A stretch of DNA of 56,236 nucleotides from Bacteroidales bacterium (GCA_017631175.1 JAGBTT010000197.1:1-56236); one strand, 5' to 3'. Shown: positions 34,698 through 43,504, counted from the stretch's first letter. Numbers and translations are program-made. Notes: generated by a model not told the origin, from the letters alone.

Positions 34698-35705
34698 TTA
34701 GAGCAGCTTGTCGGACAGCTTGCCCTTGAGGGTCTTGATGCACCAGCCGCAAGGGTTACTCTTGGTGCGCGACTTGCCTTTGATCAGTGCAAGCTCATAG
34801 ATGAAGTCTAGCGACTTCTTGCATTCAAGGAAGAGTCCGAGATTGTTCCTGATGCCGGTATCCGAGAAACCTATCTCCCTGAGGAACCTCATCTCCTCTG
34901 ATGAAAGGCATGCCCCGGCTCCGTACTTGCGTACGCTCTCCTTGAAGAACGCGTCCGGAAGCTGACGGCTCTCCTGTCTTACAGGAAAGAAGATGATACG
35001 GGTATATCTCTTTCCTTCCTTCAGGGGAGTGTAGGTGAATGTCACTGGCGACTTCTCGTCAAGCTCGTTCTTGGCTGACTCAATCACTCTTCTGATGAAG
35101 TCCTTGGTCAGCTTGTACTTGTCCTCCAGCTGGAACTCCTTCCTGAGGGTGTCGATGGAGTAGGTGATCGGCTCCTTCTGTCCGGCCATCATCTCGTAGA
35201 GTCTCATGGCGTAGTTGCTCTCCAGCGTGAAGGCGATCTCAAGGTCGTATCGGGAGAACCCTCTGGAGAAGTCAAGCAGGACGTCCCATACTCGTGCGTC
35301 CACGATGAACGATACCTTGGATGAACGAAGACGTATCCTCGGGTTGGCTATGATCGAGAAACATTCCCATACCCCGTCGTCAGAATAGGTGAAGGTCTTC
35401 TGATGGAGTGACTTCAAGGCCTCCTTGACGCGGAAGTGGTTCTTGTCTTCTCCGTCTGTAAGGAAATCCGACATGGGCAGCTCAATCAGGACGAACTCCT
35501 TGTAGGCGTGGTCGATCTTGTACAGGCTGTTGGATAGCTTCACCCCTTCGATCTGACTCTGGGCCAGCTTGACCAGGTTGTATAGGACGCGCTTCTCATA
35601 GACATTGAAGTCGTAGATGGCTGTCGTGAAGATATAAGACTGCACGACCTGTCTCGATGAGCGGGCTTCACCGGGCTTAGGAAGAGGTATGATGTTCTTA
35701 TTCAT
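34698..35705 (-). CDS. repB: Plasmid replication initiator, Rep_3/RepB family
   Basis: QSYIFTTAIYDFNVYEKRVLY, YAMRLYE, YSIDTLR, FIRRVIESAKNELD; TATCTTTG box upstream of 35705; iterons upstream. Confidence 0.85.
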   Translation of the reverse strand: MNKNIIPLPKPGEARSSRQVVQSYIFTTAIYDFNVYEKRVLYNLVKLAQSQIEGVKLSNSLYKIDHAYKEFVLIELPMSDFLTDGEDKNHFRVKEALKSLHQKTFTYSDDGVWECFSIIANPRIRLRSSKVSFIVDARVWDVLLDFSRGFSRYDLEIAFTLESNYAMRLYEMMAGQKEPITYSIDTLRKEFQLEDKYKLTKDFIRRVIESAKNELDEKSPVTFTYTPLKEGKRYTRIIFFPVRQESRQLPDAFFKESVRKYGAGACLSSEEMRFLREIGFSDTGIRNNLGLFLECKKSLDFIYELALIKGKSRTKSNPCGWCIKTLKGKLSDKLL

Positions 35706-35791
35706 ATCCTTGGAGATGACGCAAAGATATAAATAATTTTTACAAAACATTAGCAACTTTATACCGAAGCCTTTGCAGGAATTCATGAAAT

Positions 35792-36018
35792 AGTATTCAA
35801 TTTGTCCCATTTGGATGTGAAAAACGGGTGTTATTATATACAATTAATCGGTCATAGACCGATTACCTATACGAAAGTTGATCTAATCGAGCCTTTTTGC
35901 TGGGAATAATAAGAAATTTCATTCCCACTTGAGAGTTTCCGGTATTCAAAAAGTCCTTTTTACAGGTTTTCAACAGTATTCAATATGTCCCATTTGAGTA
36001 TTCAGAAAGTCCCATCAG
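35792..36018 (+). repeat. Iterons / replication origin (22-bp unit AGTATTCAnnnnGTCCCATTTG)
   Basis: Copies at 35792, 35941 (degenerate), 35975 and 35997 (last two in tandem, 22-bp period); IR taatcggtc/gaccgatta at 35846-35866; AT-rich flank. Confidence 0.75.
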
Positions 36019-36195
36019 TGTTAAGTGAGATATATCTTATATGTTGATGCATAAACAGTTGCGCAAAAGTGATGATTACTGATAAGCATAAATAAGTCAT
36101 GCTCCTATAGCAATAAGCATATAGTCATTACAAGAGAGAGAAAAAGGATTCGGACGATTCAAGATTGAGTTCTGAAATTTAGGGACATCTCCCGC

Positions 36196-36363
36196 GATGG
36201 CTGACTGAATTCGTCGCGAAGGTGGACGCTTGAACTCTTTCGGCAAGGGACGCTGCGCTCGCTGGCCGAGAATCTTCCTCCTGCGGATAGTATTCCCTTC
36301 CGCGCTCCTTGACGGTAAAGCCTTCCGCTTCCTTCCGGTGCTTTGAATTCAAGTCAAACCATC
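36196..36363 (+). other. ~170-nt fold-back element directly upstream of radC (candidate ssDNA promoter or single-strand origin)
   Basis: gatgg-ctgac-tgaattc pairs with gaattca-agtca-aaccatc; inner caagg/ccttg. Confidence 0.55.
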
Positions 36364-36378
36364 TAAAGGGAGAAAAAT

Positions 36379-36954
36379 ATGCAAGCATTGGAAAGGCTGG
36401 GTCTGAAGCTCAAGGAGCAGATAGGACTCGACGAACTGCTGAGTGAGAACTTCAATCCTCAGCTCTACTCACTGACAAGGTCACAGGAAGAGAAGATAAG
36501 CGCACTCAGGGATGTGGTGGCGGCTTATGTCAGCATCCGTGAAGACATCACCGGAAAGATTATCAAGGATTCGCAGCAGGCGGCTCAGATAGCAGGCGAC
36601 AGGCTCAGACGACTGGAGCATGAGGAGTTCTGGGTAGCCTTTCTCAACAGGGCCAATGTGGTTCTGTCGTTTGAGATGATCTTCAAGGGTTCGCTAGATG
36701 CAGTGAACATAAGCCATAGGGACATCATAGCGAAGGCCTTGAGTAAGAGCGCTACCAACATCATCGTCTTTCACAACCATCCGTCCGGATGCCCGACACC
36801 GGGAACTGCCGACATCGAGCACACCAGGATGCTACAGAAGGCATGCAAGATGATGGAGATAGGAATGCTAGACCATATCATAGTAAGTCCGGGGAGCTAC
36901 TTCAGCTTTGCGGATGAATGCACTACCAAATTCAACAACAAAATCGACAGATAA
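36379..36954 (+). CDS. radC: RadC-like JAB/MPN domain protein
   Basis: HEEFWVAFLNRAN, HNHPSG...D, MLDHIIV, YFSFADE. Confidence 0.9.
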   Translation: MQALERLGLKLKEQIGLDELLSENFNPQLYSLTRSQEEKISALRDVVAAYVSIREDITGKIIKDSQQAAQIAGDRLRRLEHEEFWVAFLNRANVVLSFEMIFKGSLDAVNISHRDIIAKALSKSATNIIVFHNHPSGCPTPGTADIEHTRMLQKACKMMEIGMLDHIIVSPGSYFSFADECTTKFNNKIDR

Positions 36955-36955
36955 G

Positions 36956-37177
36956 ATGGAAATCATGAAGAAAGGAGACAAGGTCAGAATCATCCGGATG
37001 GATGATAGTAACGGCAAGGACCAGCAGGCCCGTCAGATGAACGGCCGCGTGGTGACAGTGAAGTTTATTGACGGTATCGGACAGATACATCTGGAAGAAT
37101 CCGGGTTGGCCCTGATTCCTGGGGTGGATGAATTCGTGTATGTTGATCAGCAGGGTGCCCATCCCCTGCTGAAGTGA
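36956..37177 (+). CDS. Small DUF4314-like protein
   Basis: KGDKVRIIRMDD...V..IDGIGQIH...GLALIPGVDEF. Confidence 0.7.
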   Translation: MEIMKKGDKVRIIRMDDSNGKDQQARQMNGRVVTVKFIDGIGQIHLEESGLALIPGVDEFVYVDQQGAHPLLK

Positions 37178-37192
37178 CAGAGTGGAAATAGT

Positions 37193-37217
37193 GAAGGCAC
37201 CCAAACAGGGTGCCTTC
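37193..37217. terminator. Terminator hairpin between convergent genes
   Basis: gaaggcaccc-aaaca-gggtgccttc. Confidence 0.65.
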
Positions 37218-37226
37218 TGTCGGAAT

Positions 37227-37463
37227 TTATGGGTGGATCGGGAAATCCCGAACTATCTCCTCTTCAGATAGGGGCGAGAACCTCCTGAAGACCTTGCCGT
37301 CTCTCTCGATGACTTCTTCGAACATGGACCTGGGTCTGACTCATATGCCTGCTTCGCCATACATCGCCTGATATACGACCATATCCTCAAGGGTTTCGGA
37401 GTGCTTCGCCACATGAAGGACCTTGTATATGTTGCCCATGAAGTGTCTGTAGTACTGATTCAT
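37227..37463 (-). pseudogene. DUF1653-family gene interrupted by an in-frame TGA
   Basis: Translates MNQYYRHFMGNIYKVLHVAKHSETLEDMVVYQAMYGEAGI*VRPRSMF...; the stop (37341-37343) sits where the family has the W of WVRP. Confidence 0.75.
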
Positions 37464-37468
37464 GGCTA

Positions 37469-37786
37469 TTATTGTTTATCAGCCCAGTGAGGCCACAGTG
37501 CATGTGATAGTGCTGGGTCAGGGGCGCATCCGCGGCCCTCTTCCGTCATCAGTGAAAGACATCTCAGGGCTTCAACGTGGCCGTGGTCTCCAGCTGTGAA
37601 GTAGTATCTGTACGCTTCCTCTGGTTCCGTCCATTCATACCACTCGCCTAAACAGAATGCTGCTTCTATGTGTCCTAGTGAGTACGCTTCTTTGAGTAGC
37701 TCTACGTATCTCTCTGTATCTTTTTCTACGCCATTGGTGCCGCTGTAATAGCACATGGCCAGATCAAATATCTCCTGTGCAGTCAT
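37469..37786 (-). CDS. Sel1-like repeat protein
   Basis: LAMCYYSGTNGVEKD, GHIEAAFCLGEWY, GHVEA..L....EGRG. Confidence 0.75.
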   Translation of the reverse strand: MTAQEIFDLAMCYYSGTNGVEKDTERYVELLKEAYSLGHIEAAFCLGEWYEWTEPEEAYRYYFTAGDHGHVEALRCLSLMTEEGRGCAPDPALSHALWPHWADKQ

Positions 37787-37862
37787 CTAGTCTGATGTTA
37801 TAATTTCTGCTAAGTTCGCAAATTTTTATCAAATCTAGCGCAGCCTTAGCCTAAATTTTTTT

Positions 37863-38213
37863 TTACTGCCTGACGAATCTCTGGTACACAGAAGTAAGGT
37901 CGATACCGAACTCCTTGACTCTCTCGAGCTTCTTCCTTACCGCGAAGTCATAGATCTTGCGGGCAATGGCTTCATCATCCGTAGGAAGGCTTCCTTTCTC
38001 CTCCAGATACAAGTATCGCCAGGATGCCGGAGTCTCGATGATGCTCCTCTCCACATCCCAAAGGCTGTACCTCAGGAACTGGATGGCACGCTCCTCGTCA
38101 AGAAGTGCATTGACGTCGTGAGGGTTGTCCATTTCCCCTCTGTAGATGAGGCAGAGGTCCTTCAGATGCTCCTCGATGCCCTTAGGCTGGGTAGATTTCC
38201 AAGATTTCTTCAT
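37863..38213 (-). CDS. Hypothetical protein (MKKSWKSTQP...)
   Basis: ATG immediately follows the stop of the 26-aa peptide ORF; LCLIYRGEMDNP segment. Confidence 0.65.
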   Translation of the reverse strand: MKKSWKSTQPKGIEEHLKDLCLIYRGEMDNPHDVNALLDEERAIQFLRYSLWDVERSIIETPASWRYLYLEEKGSLPTDDEAIARKIYDFAVRKKLERVKEFGIDLTSVYQRFVRQ

Positions 38214-38214
38214 A

Positions 38215-38295
38215 CTACTCACCCCAATTACTGTTTCCACCGCACATGGTGCCAATAACATTTAGGCACAGAACTAAAAAAATGATTACTCCCAT
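38215..38295 (-). CDS. 26-aa hydrophobic micro-peptide MGVIIFLVLCLNVIGTMCGGNSNWGE
   Basis: Read manually; GGAGGT upstream; tightly packed between neighbours. Confidence 0.45.
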   Translation of the reverse strand: MGVIIFLVLCLNVIGTMCGGNSNWGE

Positions 38296-38298
38296 AGA

Positions 38299-38394
38299 CT
38301 ACCTCCTTTTACCCGTTACGAATACTGATATAAATACTTCTAACACAATACCGATGAATGCCAAAACTCCCCAAATCATAAATGTTTCCTCCAT
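38299..38394 (-). CDS. 31-aa single-TM micro-peptide MEETFMIWGVLAFIGIVLEVFISVFVTGKRR
   Basis: Read manually; first ATG after the TAGATTTG box, AAAAT context, TM stretch with basic tail. Confidence 0.55.
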   Translation of the reverse strand: MEETFMIWGVLAFIGIVLEVFISVFVTGKRR

Positions 38395-38412
38395 ATTTTA
38401 GTCTTCAATGTG

Positions 38413-38451
38413 CAAATCTATTGTGAGATATTGCCAAACTGTGGCACAAAT
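38413..38451 (-). promoter_or_regulatory. Leftward promoter: -7 box TAGATTTG + TGCC-N7-GGCA operator
   Basis: tgcc-aaactgt-ggca at 38432-38446, 11 nt from the -7 box. Confidence 0.62.
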
Positions 38452-38472
38452 TAATTTCTTTGACAAAAAAAT

Positions 38473-38511
38473 GCTTCTGCCGAGTTTTTGCCGAAGGTCT
38501 TTCTATATTTG
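38473..38511 (+). promoter_or_regulatory. WYL gene promoter: imperfect operator + -7 box TATATTTG
   Basis: gcttctgccgagtttttgccgaagg, then TATATTTG at 38504, same spacing as the other two copies. Confidence 0.65.
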
Positions 38512-38528
38512 CATAAAATAATCAGACG

Positions 38529-39446
38529 ATGGCAAAGGATTCATTCAGAATATACATATGGATGCTGGATACCATTCAGCGTTACGGCAGGATAACGCTC
38601 GCTGACCTGAAGGACAAGTGGAGAACCTGCAGTGCCAATGACGGCAGGAAGGAGCTAGCCCCGCGAACGTTTGCAAACTACAAGGAGAACATTGAGCAGA
38701 TTTTCGGCATTGAGATAGCTTGCGACAGGGCGACCAACGAGTACTACATAGTCAATGAGACCGACCTGGGTGGCACAGCTATCCGCGACTGGATGCTGAA
38801 CTCTCTCTCCTTGAGGAATATGCTCCATGAAAGTGCGGGTCTGCATGAAAGGATAGTCATCGAGAATGTGCCGTCAAGCCATAGGTTTCTTACCTTGGTC
38901 ATGGATGCAATGCGCGATAACAGAAAGCTCGTTCTGCATTACAAAGGATATTCTATGAATGACTACGAGGATATGACCGTCCATCCGTATAGCATCAGGC
39001 TTTTCAAGAGAAGATGGTACCTCATAGGCTATTCGGAATACTCGAAGGGTATGCGAATCTATATGCTTGACAGGGCTACTGATGCGAGGATGCTCGGAGA
39101 GTCGTTCGATATGCCGGAGGAATTTGATGCTGAAGCTTTTTTTGAAGAATTCCACGGCGTACATCCGAGCAGAAGTGAAAAGGTTTGCGTGAAGGTGAAG
39201 TTCCTTGCGTCAAAGCGTGATCTGGTAAGGACCATACCGCTTCACAGCACTCAGAAGGAGATTGAAACCACTTCTTCATATTCGGTGTTCGAGTATTATC
39301 TCAGACCGAATTTTGACTTCAAGCAGGAGATACTCTCATATATGACTTCAGCAGAGGTGTTGGAGCCGGCGGCACTCAGAAAAGAGCTTGCGTCCATTCT
39401 GCTGGACATGTATAAACTATATAGATCTGACTTAGTAAAGGCTTAA
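38529..39446 (+). CDS. WYL-domain transcriptional regulator (wHTH-WYL-WCX)
   Basis: RTFANYKENIEQIFGIEI HTH; HPYSIRLFKRRWYLIG, YMLDR; PLHSTQ, EVLEP..LR. Confidence 0.92.
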   Translation: MAKDSFRIYIWMLDTIQRYGRITLADLKDKWRTCSANDGRKELAPRTFANYKENIEQIFGIEIACDRATNEYYIVNETDLGGTAIRDWMLNSLSLRNMLHESAGLHERIVIENVPSSHRFLTLVMDAMRDNRKLVLHYKGYSMNDYEDMTVHPYSIRLFKRRWYLIGYSEYSKGMRIYMLDRATDARMLGESFDMPEEFDAEAFFEEFHGVHPSRSEKVCVKVKFLASKRDLVRTIPLHSTQKEIETTSSYSVFEYYLRPNFDFKQEILSYMTSAEVLEPAALRKELASILLDMYKLYRSDLVKA

Positions 39447-39450
39447 TGAT

Positions 39451-40269
39451 ATGGGAAACGTAGTTGCAAAAATGGCAGACAATCTGCTTAATCCGAACGC
39501 TCCTTTGTTCAAGATTCTGAGGGATAATCCTCCTGTATGGTGGGAGATGCTTAAGAACGATCCGGAACTGTACATAGATGTCCGTAAGGATAATATGGTG
39601 ATGGCTTATTATCAAGGTGGTAGAGTAGCATGCTTGACCTATAAGAGAGGATATGGCATCTCTGCAAAGACTCACCCTAAATACGTAGGCGTGAATTCAG
39701 ATAAAGAGCAGGAAATCTCTCATGATCTTGATGCACAACTATTGATGACGATCAAGGCTAATATCAGGGCAAACTATTCGCAGAAATCTGACAACGATAT
39801 ACAGGAAAAACTGATTCAAGGTGAATGCGTGATAGCGCATAGAGACCTGTATCTTGACTCCGAGTTTGCTCATAGGCGCTATGTCGGTCAGAATCATACT
39901 GTAAGAATTGATCTTGTCAAGATTGCCGGAAGCGAGATCATCTTTGAGGAGCTGAAGAAGATTAACGACCCTAGGCTAAGAACCTCTAAAGGGCAGCCAG
40001 AAATCATCGAGCAGATGAATGCCTACAAAGAGTTCATTCTGGAGAATCATAAGGTGCTTGAAGCTTATTATAAGACCCTTATGCAGATTAAGGTTTATTT
40101 GGGATTGCCGACGCCTCCTGTGTCAGAGATTGATTGCCTGCATGTCAGACTGGAACCTGAACTGACAATCTTTAATACCTATACCAAGGTTACAAATGAT
40201 AGGATTAAAAGAATACAAGCTATAGAGCGTGAATTGCAGGGATACGATTATAAGATTGTAAAATATTAG
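39451..40269 (+). CDS. Putative PD-(D/E)xK nuclease
   Basis: LDSEF...RIDLV...IIFEELK...IIEQM..Y. Confidence 0.65.
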   Translation: MGNVVAKMADNLLNPNAPLFKILRDNPPVWWEMLKNDPELYIDVRKDNMVMAYYQGGRVACLTYKRGYGISAKTHPKYVGVNSDKEQEISHDLDAQLLMTIKANIRANYSQKSDNDIQEKLIQGECVIAHRDLYLDSEFAHRRYVGQNHTVRIDLVKIAGSEIIFEELKKINDPRLRTSKGQPEIIEQMNAYKEFILENHKVLEAYYKTLMQIKVYLGLPTPPVSEIDCLHVRLEPELTIFNTYTKVTNDRIKRIQAIERELQGYDYKIVKY

Positions 40270-40279
40270 AAAGTTTGCA

Positions 40280-40318
40280 GCTTTTGCCGAGTTCTGGCAG
40301 AAGCTGCTTCTATTTTTG
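40280..40318 (+). promoter_or_regulatory. Internal promoter: palindromic TGCC-N7-GGCA operator + -7 box TATTTTTG
   Basis: gcttttgcc-gagttct-ggcagaagc, then TATTTTTG at 40311. Confidence 0.68.
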
Positions 40319-40335
40319 CAGCAAAATCAAGAATC

Positions 40336-40839
40336 ATGAAACGTTGCAAAAATGGCAGGATTATCCCATTCCTGGAAGCCAAGATGGGATTTGATTCCGG
40401 ACCGGGAATCATGTACAGAGGTCAGGCACTCCTTCTTTGCCAGGTAATCGGCAAACTCCCATTGACCGATGCCGATCTGGTCATCAAACATGCTTCATCA
40501 AGGAGTTATGCACTGTTCGACTACTTCAAGCCAGAGTTCATCAAGTCGGCCCAAGAGCAGGGCTATAGTTTCCTGCATGCCACCAAGGAGTGGTACAGGA
40601 TCGCCTTTCAGGCTGGATACATGGGATATGCGCCATGCAATCAGCTTATGGAGGAGAAATACGCTCTCATGAGCAAGATCTATGAGACTCTACGTGCCGA
40701 TCCGGATATGACTGATGAGCAGCTCAGGGCGTCCTTGGAGCCGGATGACCGTAAGCAACTCAAGACATGGGATGATATGATCCACACAGTAAAGATGATA
40801 GCAAGAAATCAGATAAGAGATGAAGATACTAATCCATAG
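40336..40839 (+). CDS. Hypothetical protein
   Basis: 167-aa ORF after a promoter, overlapping the MBL gene start. Confidence 0.7.
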   Translation: MKRCKNGRIIPFLEAKMGFDSGPGIMYRGQALLLCQVIGKLPLTDADLVIKHASSRSYALFDYFKPEFIKSAQEQGYSFLHATKEWYRIAFQAGYMGYAPCNQLMEEKYALMSKIYETLRADPDMTDEQLRASLEPDDRKQLKTWDDMIHTVKMIARNQIRDEDTNP

Positions 40840-42097
40840 GGGAGCCAATCAGATCGGCGGATGCATCACGGAGATACAGTCTGCTGCAGGAACAAGAATA
40901 CTTATTGATCTCGGTCATAATCTTCCGGGGGAGTCAGAGACGCTGGACAAGTTCGACGATCCGTCGAACCTGTCAGCTCTTCTGGAGGGAGTGTCAGCCG
41001 TAATATATACCCATAATCATGGTGATCATCTAGGCTTCTTTGATCGTGTGCCGGCTGATGTACCTCAGTATATTGGTGAAATGTCACGAGAAGTTATGTG
41101 TAATATTCTTGATGAAAGTCTCAATAAAGCGATCCGGGCAAAGCGCAAGCCTCTGATTGAAGAGTTTGTCAATAAAGCCGTGAAGATTAAGTCTTTCTGT
41201 ACATATGCAAGTGGGCGACCTTTCAGTGTGGGGGATATATCAATAACCCCTTACTTTGTCAGCCATTCGGCAGCGGATTCACACATGCTTCTGATAGAGT
41301 GTGACGGTAAAAGGGTGTTGCATACAGGTGATCTGAGAGAACACGGGTTTCTGGGCAAGGGACTTGAAAAGACTCTCAAGAAGCATGTAGGGCAGGTGGA
41401 TGTTCTCATTACTGAGGGCACGATGCTCTCCAGAGATGACGGGCATACCAAGACCGAAAGCGAGATTCAGGCAGACATGTCTGCCCTGATGGCTCAGTAC
41501 AGAAATGTCTTTGTCCTCTGTTCTTCGACAAACTTTGACAGACTGGCCGGCCTGCACAAGGCTAACGCAAGATTCAGGAGCAGGCCGTTTGTGTGCGATG
41601 TGTATCAGAACGAGCAGTTCAAGACGCTGACAAAGTACAGCGGTCAGCATTCGGACCTATATGTGATTGATGATGCCGCTGTTATGTCGCTTCGTAAGGT
41701 GAACCTGCATAAACGTATGGTCGAGAAGGGATTCACAATGGTCGTCAGAGATAATCCGACGTTCCGTAAATGGATAGCATACCTGACGCTGATGCTGGAC
41801 CCATCGCAGACCGTGCTGGTATACTCACAGTATAAAGGCTATCTTGAGCAGCAGGAAAGGCTGCAGGAGTTTGTCAGGATGTTCGGATGCAGGGTGGAAT
41901 ATGTCCATACTTCCGGTCATGCCACGAGAAAGACCTTGGCGAAGATCTGTACTCTCACGAATCCTACAACCGCGATAATACCGATTCATAAGGATGCGGA
42001 AGCAGATTTCTTGACACTGGATATCCCCAAAGACCTAAAGGCCAGGATTGTTGACGGATTCTGTTGCAAAGATGGGGTTGAAATGGAGCTATCTTAA
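40820..42097 (+). CDS. Metallo-beta-lactamase / beta-CASP (RNase J-like) nuclease
   Basis: HRGANQIGG, THNHGDH, SHS, TGDLR, ITEGT, HTSGHA, IPIH. Confidence 0.85.
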   Translation: MKILIHRGANQIGGCITEIQSAAGTRILIDLGHNLPGESETLDKFDDPSNLSALLEGVSAVIYTHNHGDHLGFFDRVPADVPQYIGEMSREVMCNILDESLNKAIRAKRKPLIEEFVNKAVKIKSFCTYASGRPFSVGDISITPYFVSHSAADSHMLLIECDGKRVLHTGDLREHGFLGKGLEKTLKKHVGQVDVLITEGTMLSRDDGHTKTESEIQADMSALMAQYRNVFVLCSSTNFDRLAGLHKANARFRSRPFVCDVYQNEQFKTLTKYSGQHSDLYVIDDAAVMSLRKVNLHKRMVEKGFTMVVRDNPTFRKWIAYLTLMLDPSQTVLVYSQYKGYLEQQERLQEFVRMFGCRVEYVHTSGHATRKTLAKICTLTNPTTAIIPIHKDAEADFLTLDIPKDLKARIVDGFCCKDGVEMELS

Positions 42098-42104
42098 ATT
42101 TTAA

Positions 42105-42141
42105 AACTCCCACGGCCCTTTGAGAGATATCCGTGGGAGTT
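42105..42141. terminator. Hairpin between convergent genes
   Basis: aactcccacgg...ccgtgggagtt (11-bp stem). Confidence 0.65.
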
Positions 42142-42161
42142 AGATGTAATGCATGTTCAAA

Positions 42162-42896
42162 CTATAAGTAGGGGCTATCCTCTATGCGGCTATAAAGTTC
42201 AGCAAGGTCTACTGTGCAATTCCTGCACCAGTCCTTGAGCTCAGTCCAGAAGTACTCGTCATTAGGGTCTTCCTCTTCATCCAGGTCTTCAGCTCGCTCT
42301 CCGCTCAACCATAGTTTTCCGTCCATGACCTTGACAGAGTTGATGTCATGGTTGATGAAGAATCCATCAAGGTCATCCGGTTCATCTTCATAGTAGTAGT
42401 CGTCCCAGTCTAAAGTGAAAAGAGGATCGATGCCTATATAGCCGACATTCTTCTCTGCCTGCTTTTTCTCTAAGAATGCGATTATCTCCTTTTCTGCGTT
42501 TGCCCTTTCCTCAAGATGCTTGTCAAGCAGTTCAGCAAGTCTGCTGTCTGGCTCCGTGCCAAGCGTGTCGTATATTGCAGCGAAGAAATCGATCATGTCG
42601 ACAAAGGTATATCCACCTAACCAGTCCTCCAGAGCCTCTCCATAAAAACCTCCATCCTCATCAATCATCTCTTCGTCATATCCAAGGCAAAAGCCGTCTT
42701 CGTCAATACCGAATGACAGCATCTTTTCTACATCCTGGTCCTCGCTCCAGAACTTCAGAGGTTTCTTGAATAAAAAATATCCTTTACCCGTTTCTTGCTG
42801 TGCCTTAGCGACATCTGCTTTGACAATGTCAAGCATTTCATTGATTACACTTGAGTCATTCCATACTCCGTAGTGTTTTCTGTCAAATACTCCCAT
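42162..42896 (-). CDS. Very acidic hypothetical protein with an internal two-fold repeat
   Basis: D/E-rich; LEDW...VDM..F...IYD versus LKDW...VDL..L...IED; own TATATTTG box at 42934-42941. Confidence 0.72.
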   Translation of the reverse strand: MGVFDRKHYGVWNDSSVINEMLDIVKADVAKAQQETGKGYFLFKKPLKFWSEDQDVEKMLSFGIDEDGFCLGYDEEMIDEDGGFYGEALEDWLGGYTFVDMIDFFAAIYDTLGTEPDSRLAELLDKHLEERANAEKEIIAFLEKKQAEKNVGYIGIDPLFTLDWDDYYYEDEPDDLDGFFINHDINSVKVMDGKLWLSGERAEDLDEEEDPNDEYFWTELKDWCRNCTVDLAELYSRIEDSPYL

Positions 42897-42946
42897 GACT
42901 TTATGTTTATGTAGTGATTACCTATCTGTCAAACAAATATAAGACT

Positions 42947-43504
42947 TTATTTGCTTTTCGCAGCCATGCCGTCGGCTTTCTGTATTAGCCTGATCAGATC
43001 CTTGCCAGGCGATTTGAGCGCGGCATAGAAGTTCTCTGCGTCGACGCTGTTCTCCTTGAATGTGTGCTCTCCCATGTGCCATCTGATGGCAAGCATCTCA
43101 TCTTCCGAGAGATCCAAGCCAAGTCTCAGAAGCATGATCACAGACTTTTCTCCATGGCCTATAGGGAAACTTCTCATCGATTTGCCCGGTCTGCCATCAG
43201 ATTTGATGAAGTAGACGTCCGCTTTGCATATGTCGTGAAGGAGTGCTGTCACTGCTATGCTCTCGTCGCTTACAGAGCCGTAGATCTTAGGATGAGTCCT
43301 TTTCAGATCCATGGCATACCTGTATACATTCAGAGAATGCTCAGCAAGACCGCCTCTGAAGTTGCTGTGATACTTGATTGAACCAGGAGCATCATAGAAC
43401 CCGTTCTGCTCCAGTTCGACCAAGACTCTATCCATTCCTGCTCTTCCGGCTGCCGAAAGAGTCTGGATGATGACTTCTTTATTAGAACTGCTTTCAGTCT
43501 TCAT
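42947..43504 (-). CDS. HD-domain phosphohydrolase
   Basis: APGS..YH...GGLAEHSLNV, ALLHDICK, GHGEKSV, AIRWHMG, AD. Start 43504. Confidence 0.88.
   Translation of the reverse strand: MKTESSSNKEVIIQTLSAAGRAGMDRVLVELEQNGFYDAPGSIKYHSNFRGGLAEHSLNVYRYAMDLKRTHPKIYGSVSDESIAVTALLHDICKADVYFIKSDGRPGKSMRSFPIGHGEKSVIMLLRLGLDLSEDEMLAIRWHMGEHTFKENSVDAENFYAALKSPGKDLIRLIQKADGMAAKSK

Noticed and set aside
35792-36018. CRISPR array
   Set aside because: Units are degenerate, two are directly adjacent without spacers, no cas genes; position next to Rep_3 indicates iterons.
37341-37343. TGA=Trp genetic code reassignment
   Set aside because: TGA terminates several intact genes in the window (e.g. 47243, 52002, 54720).
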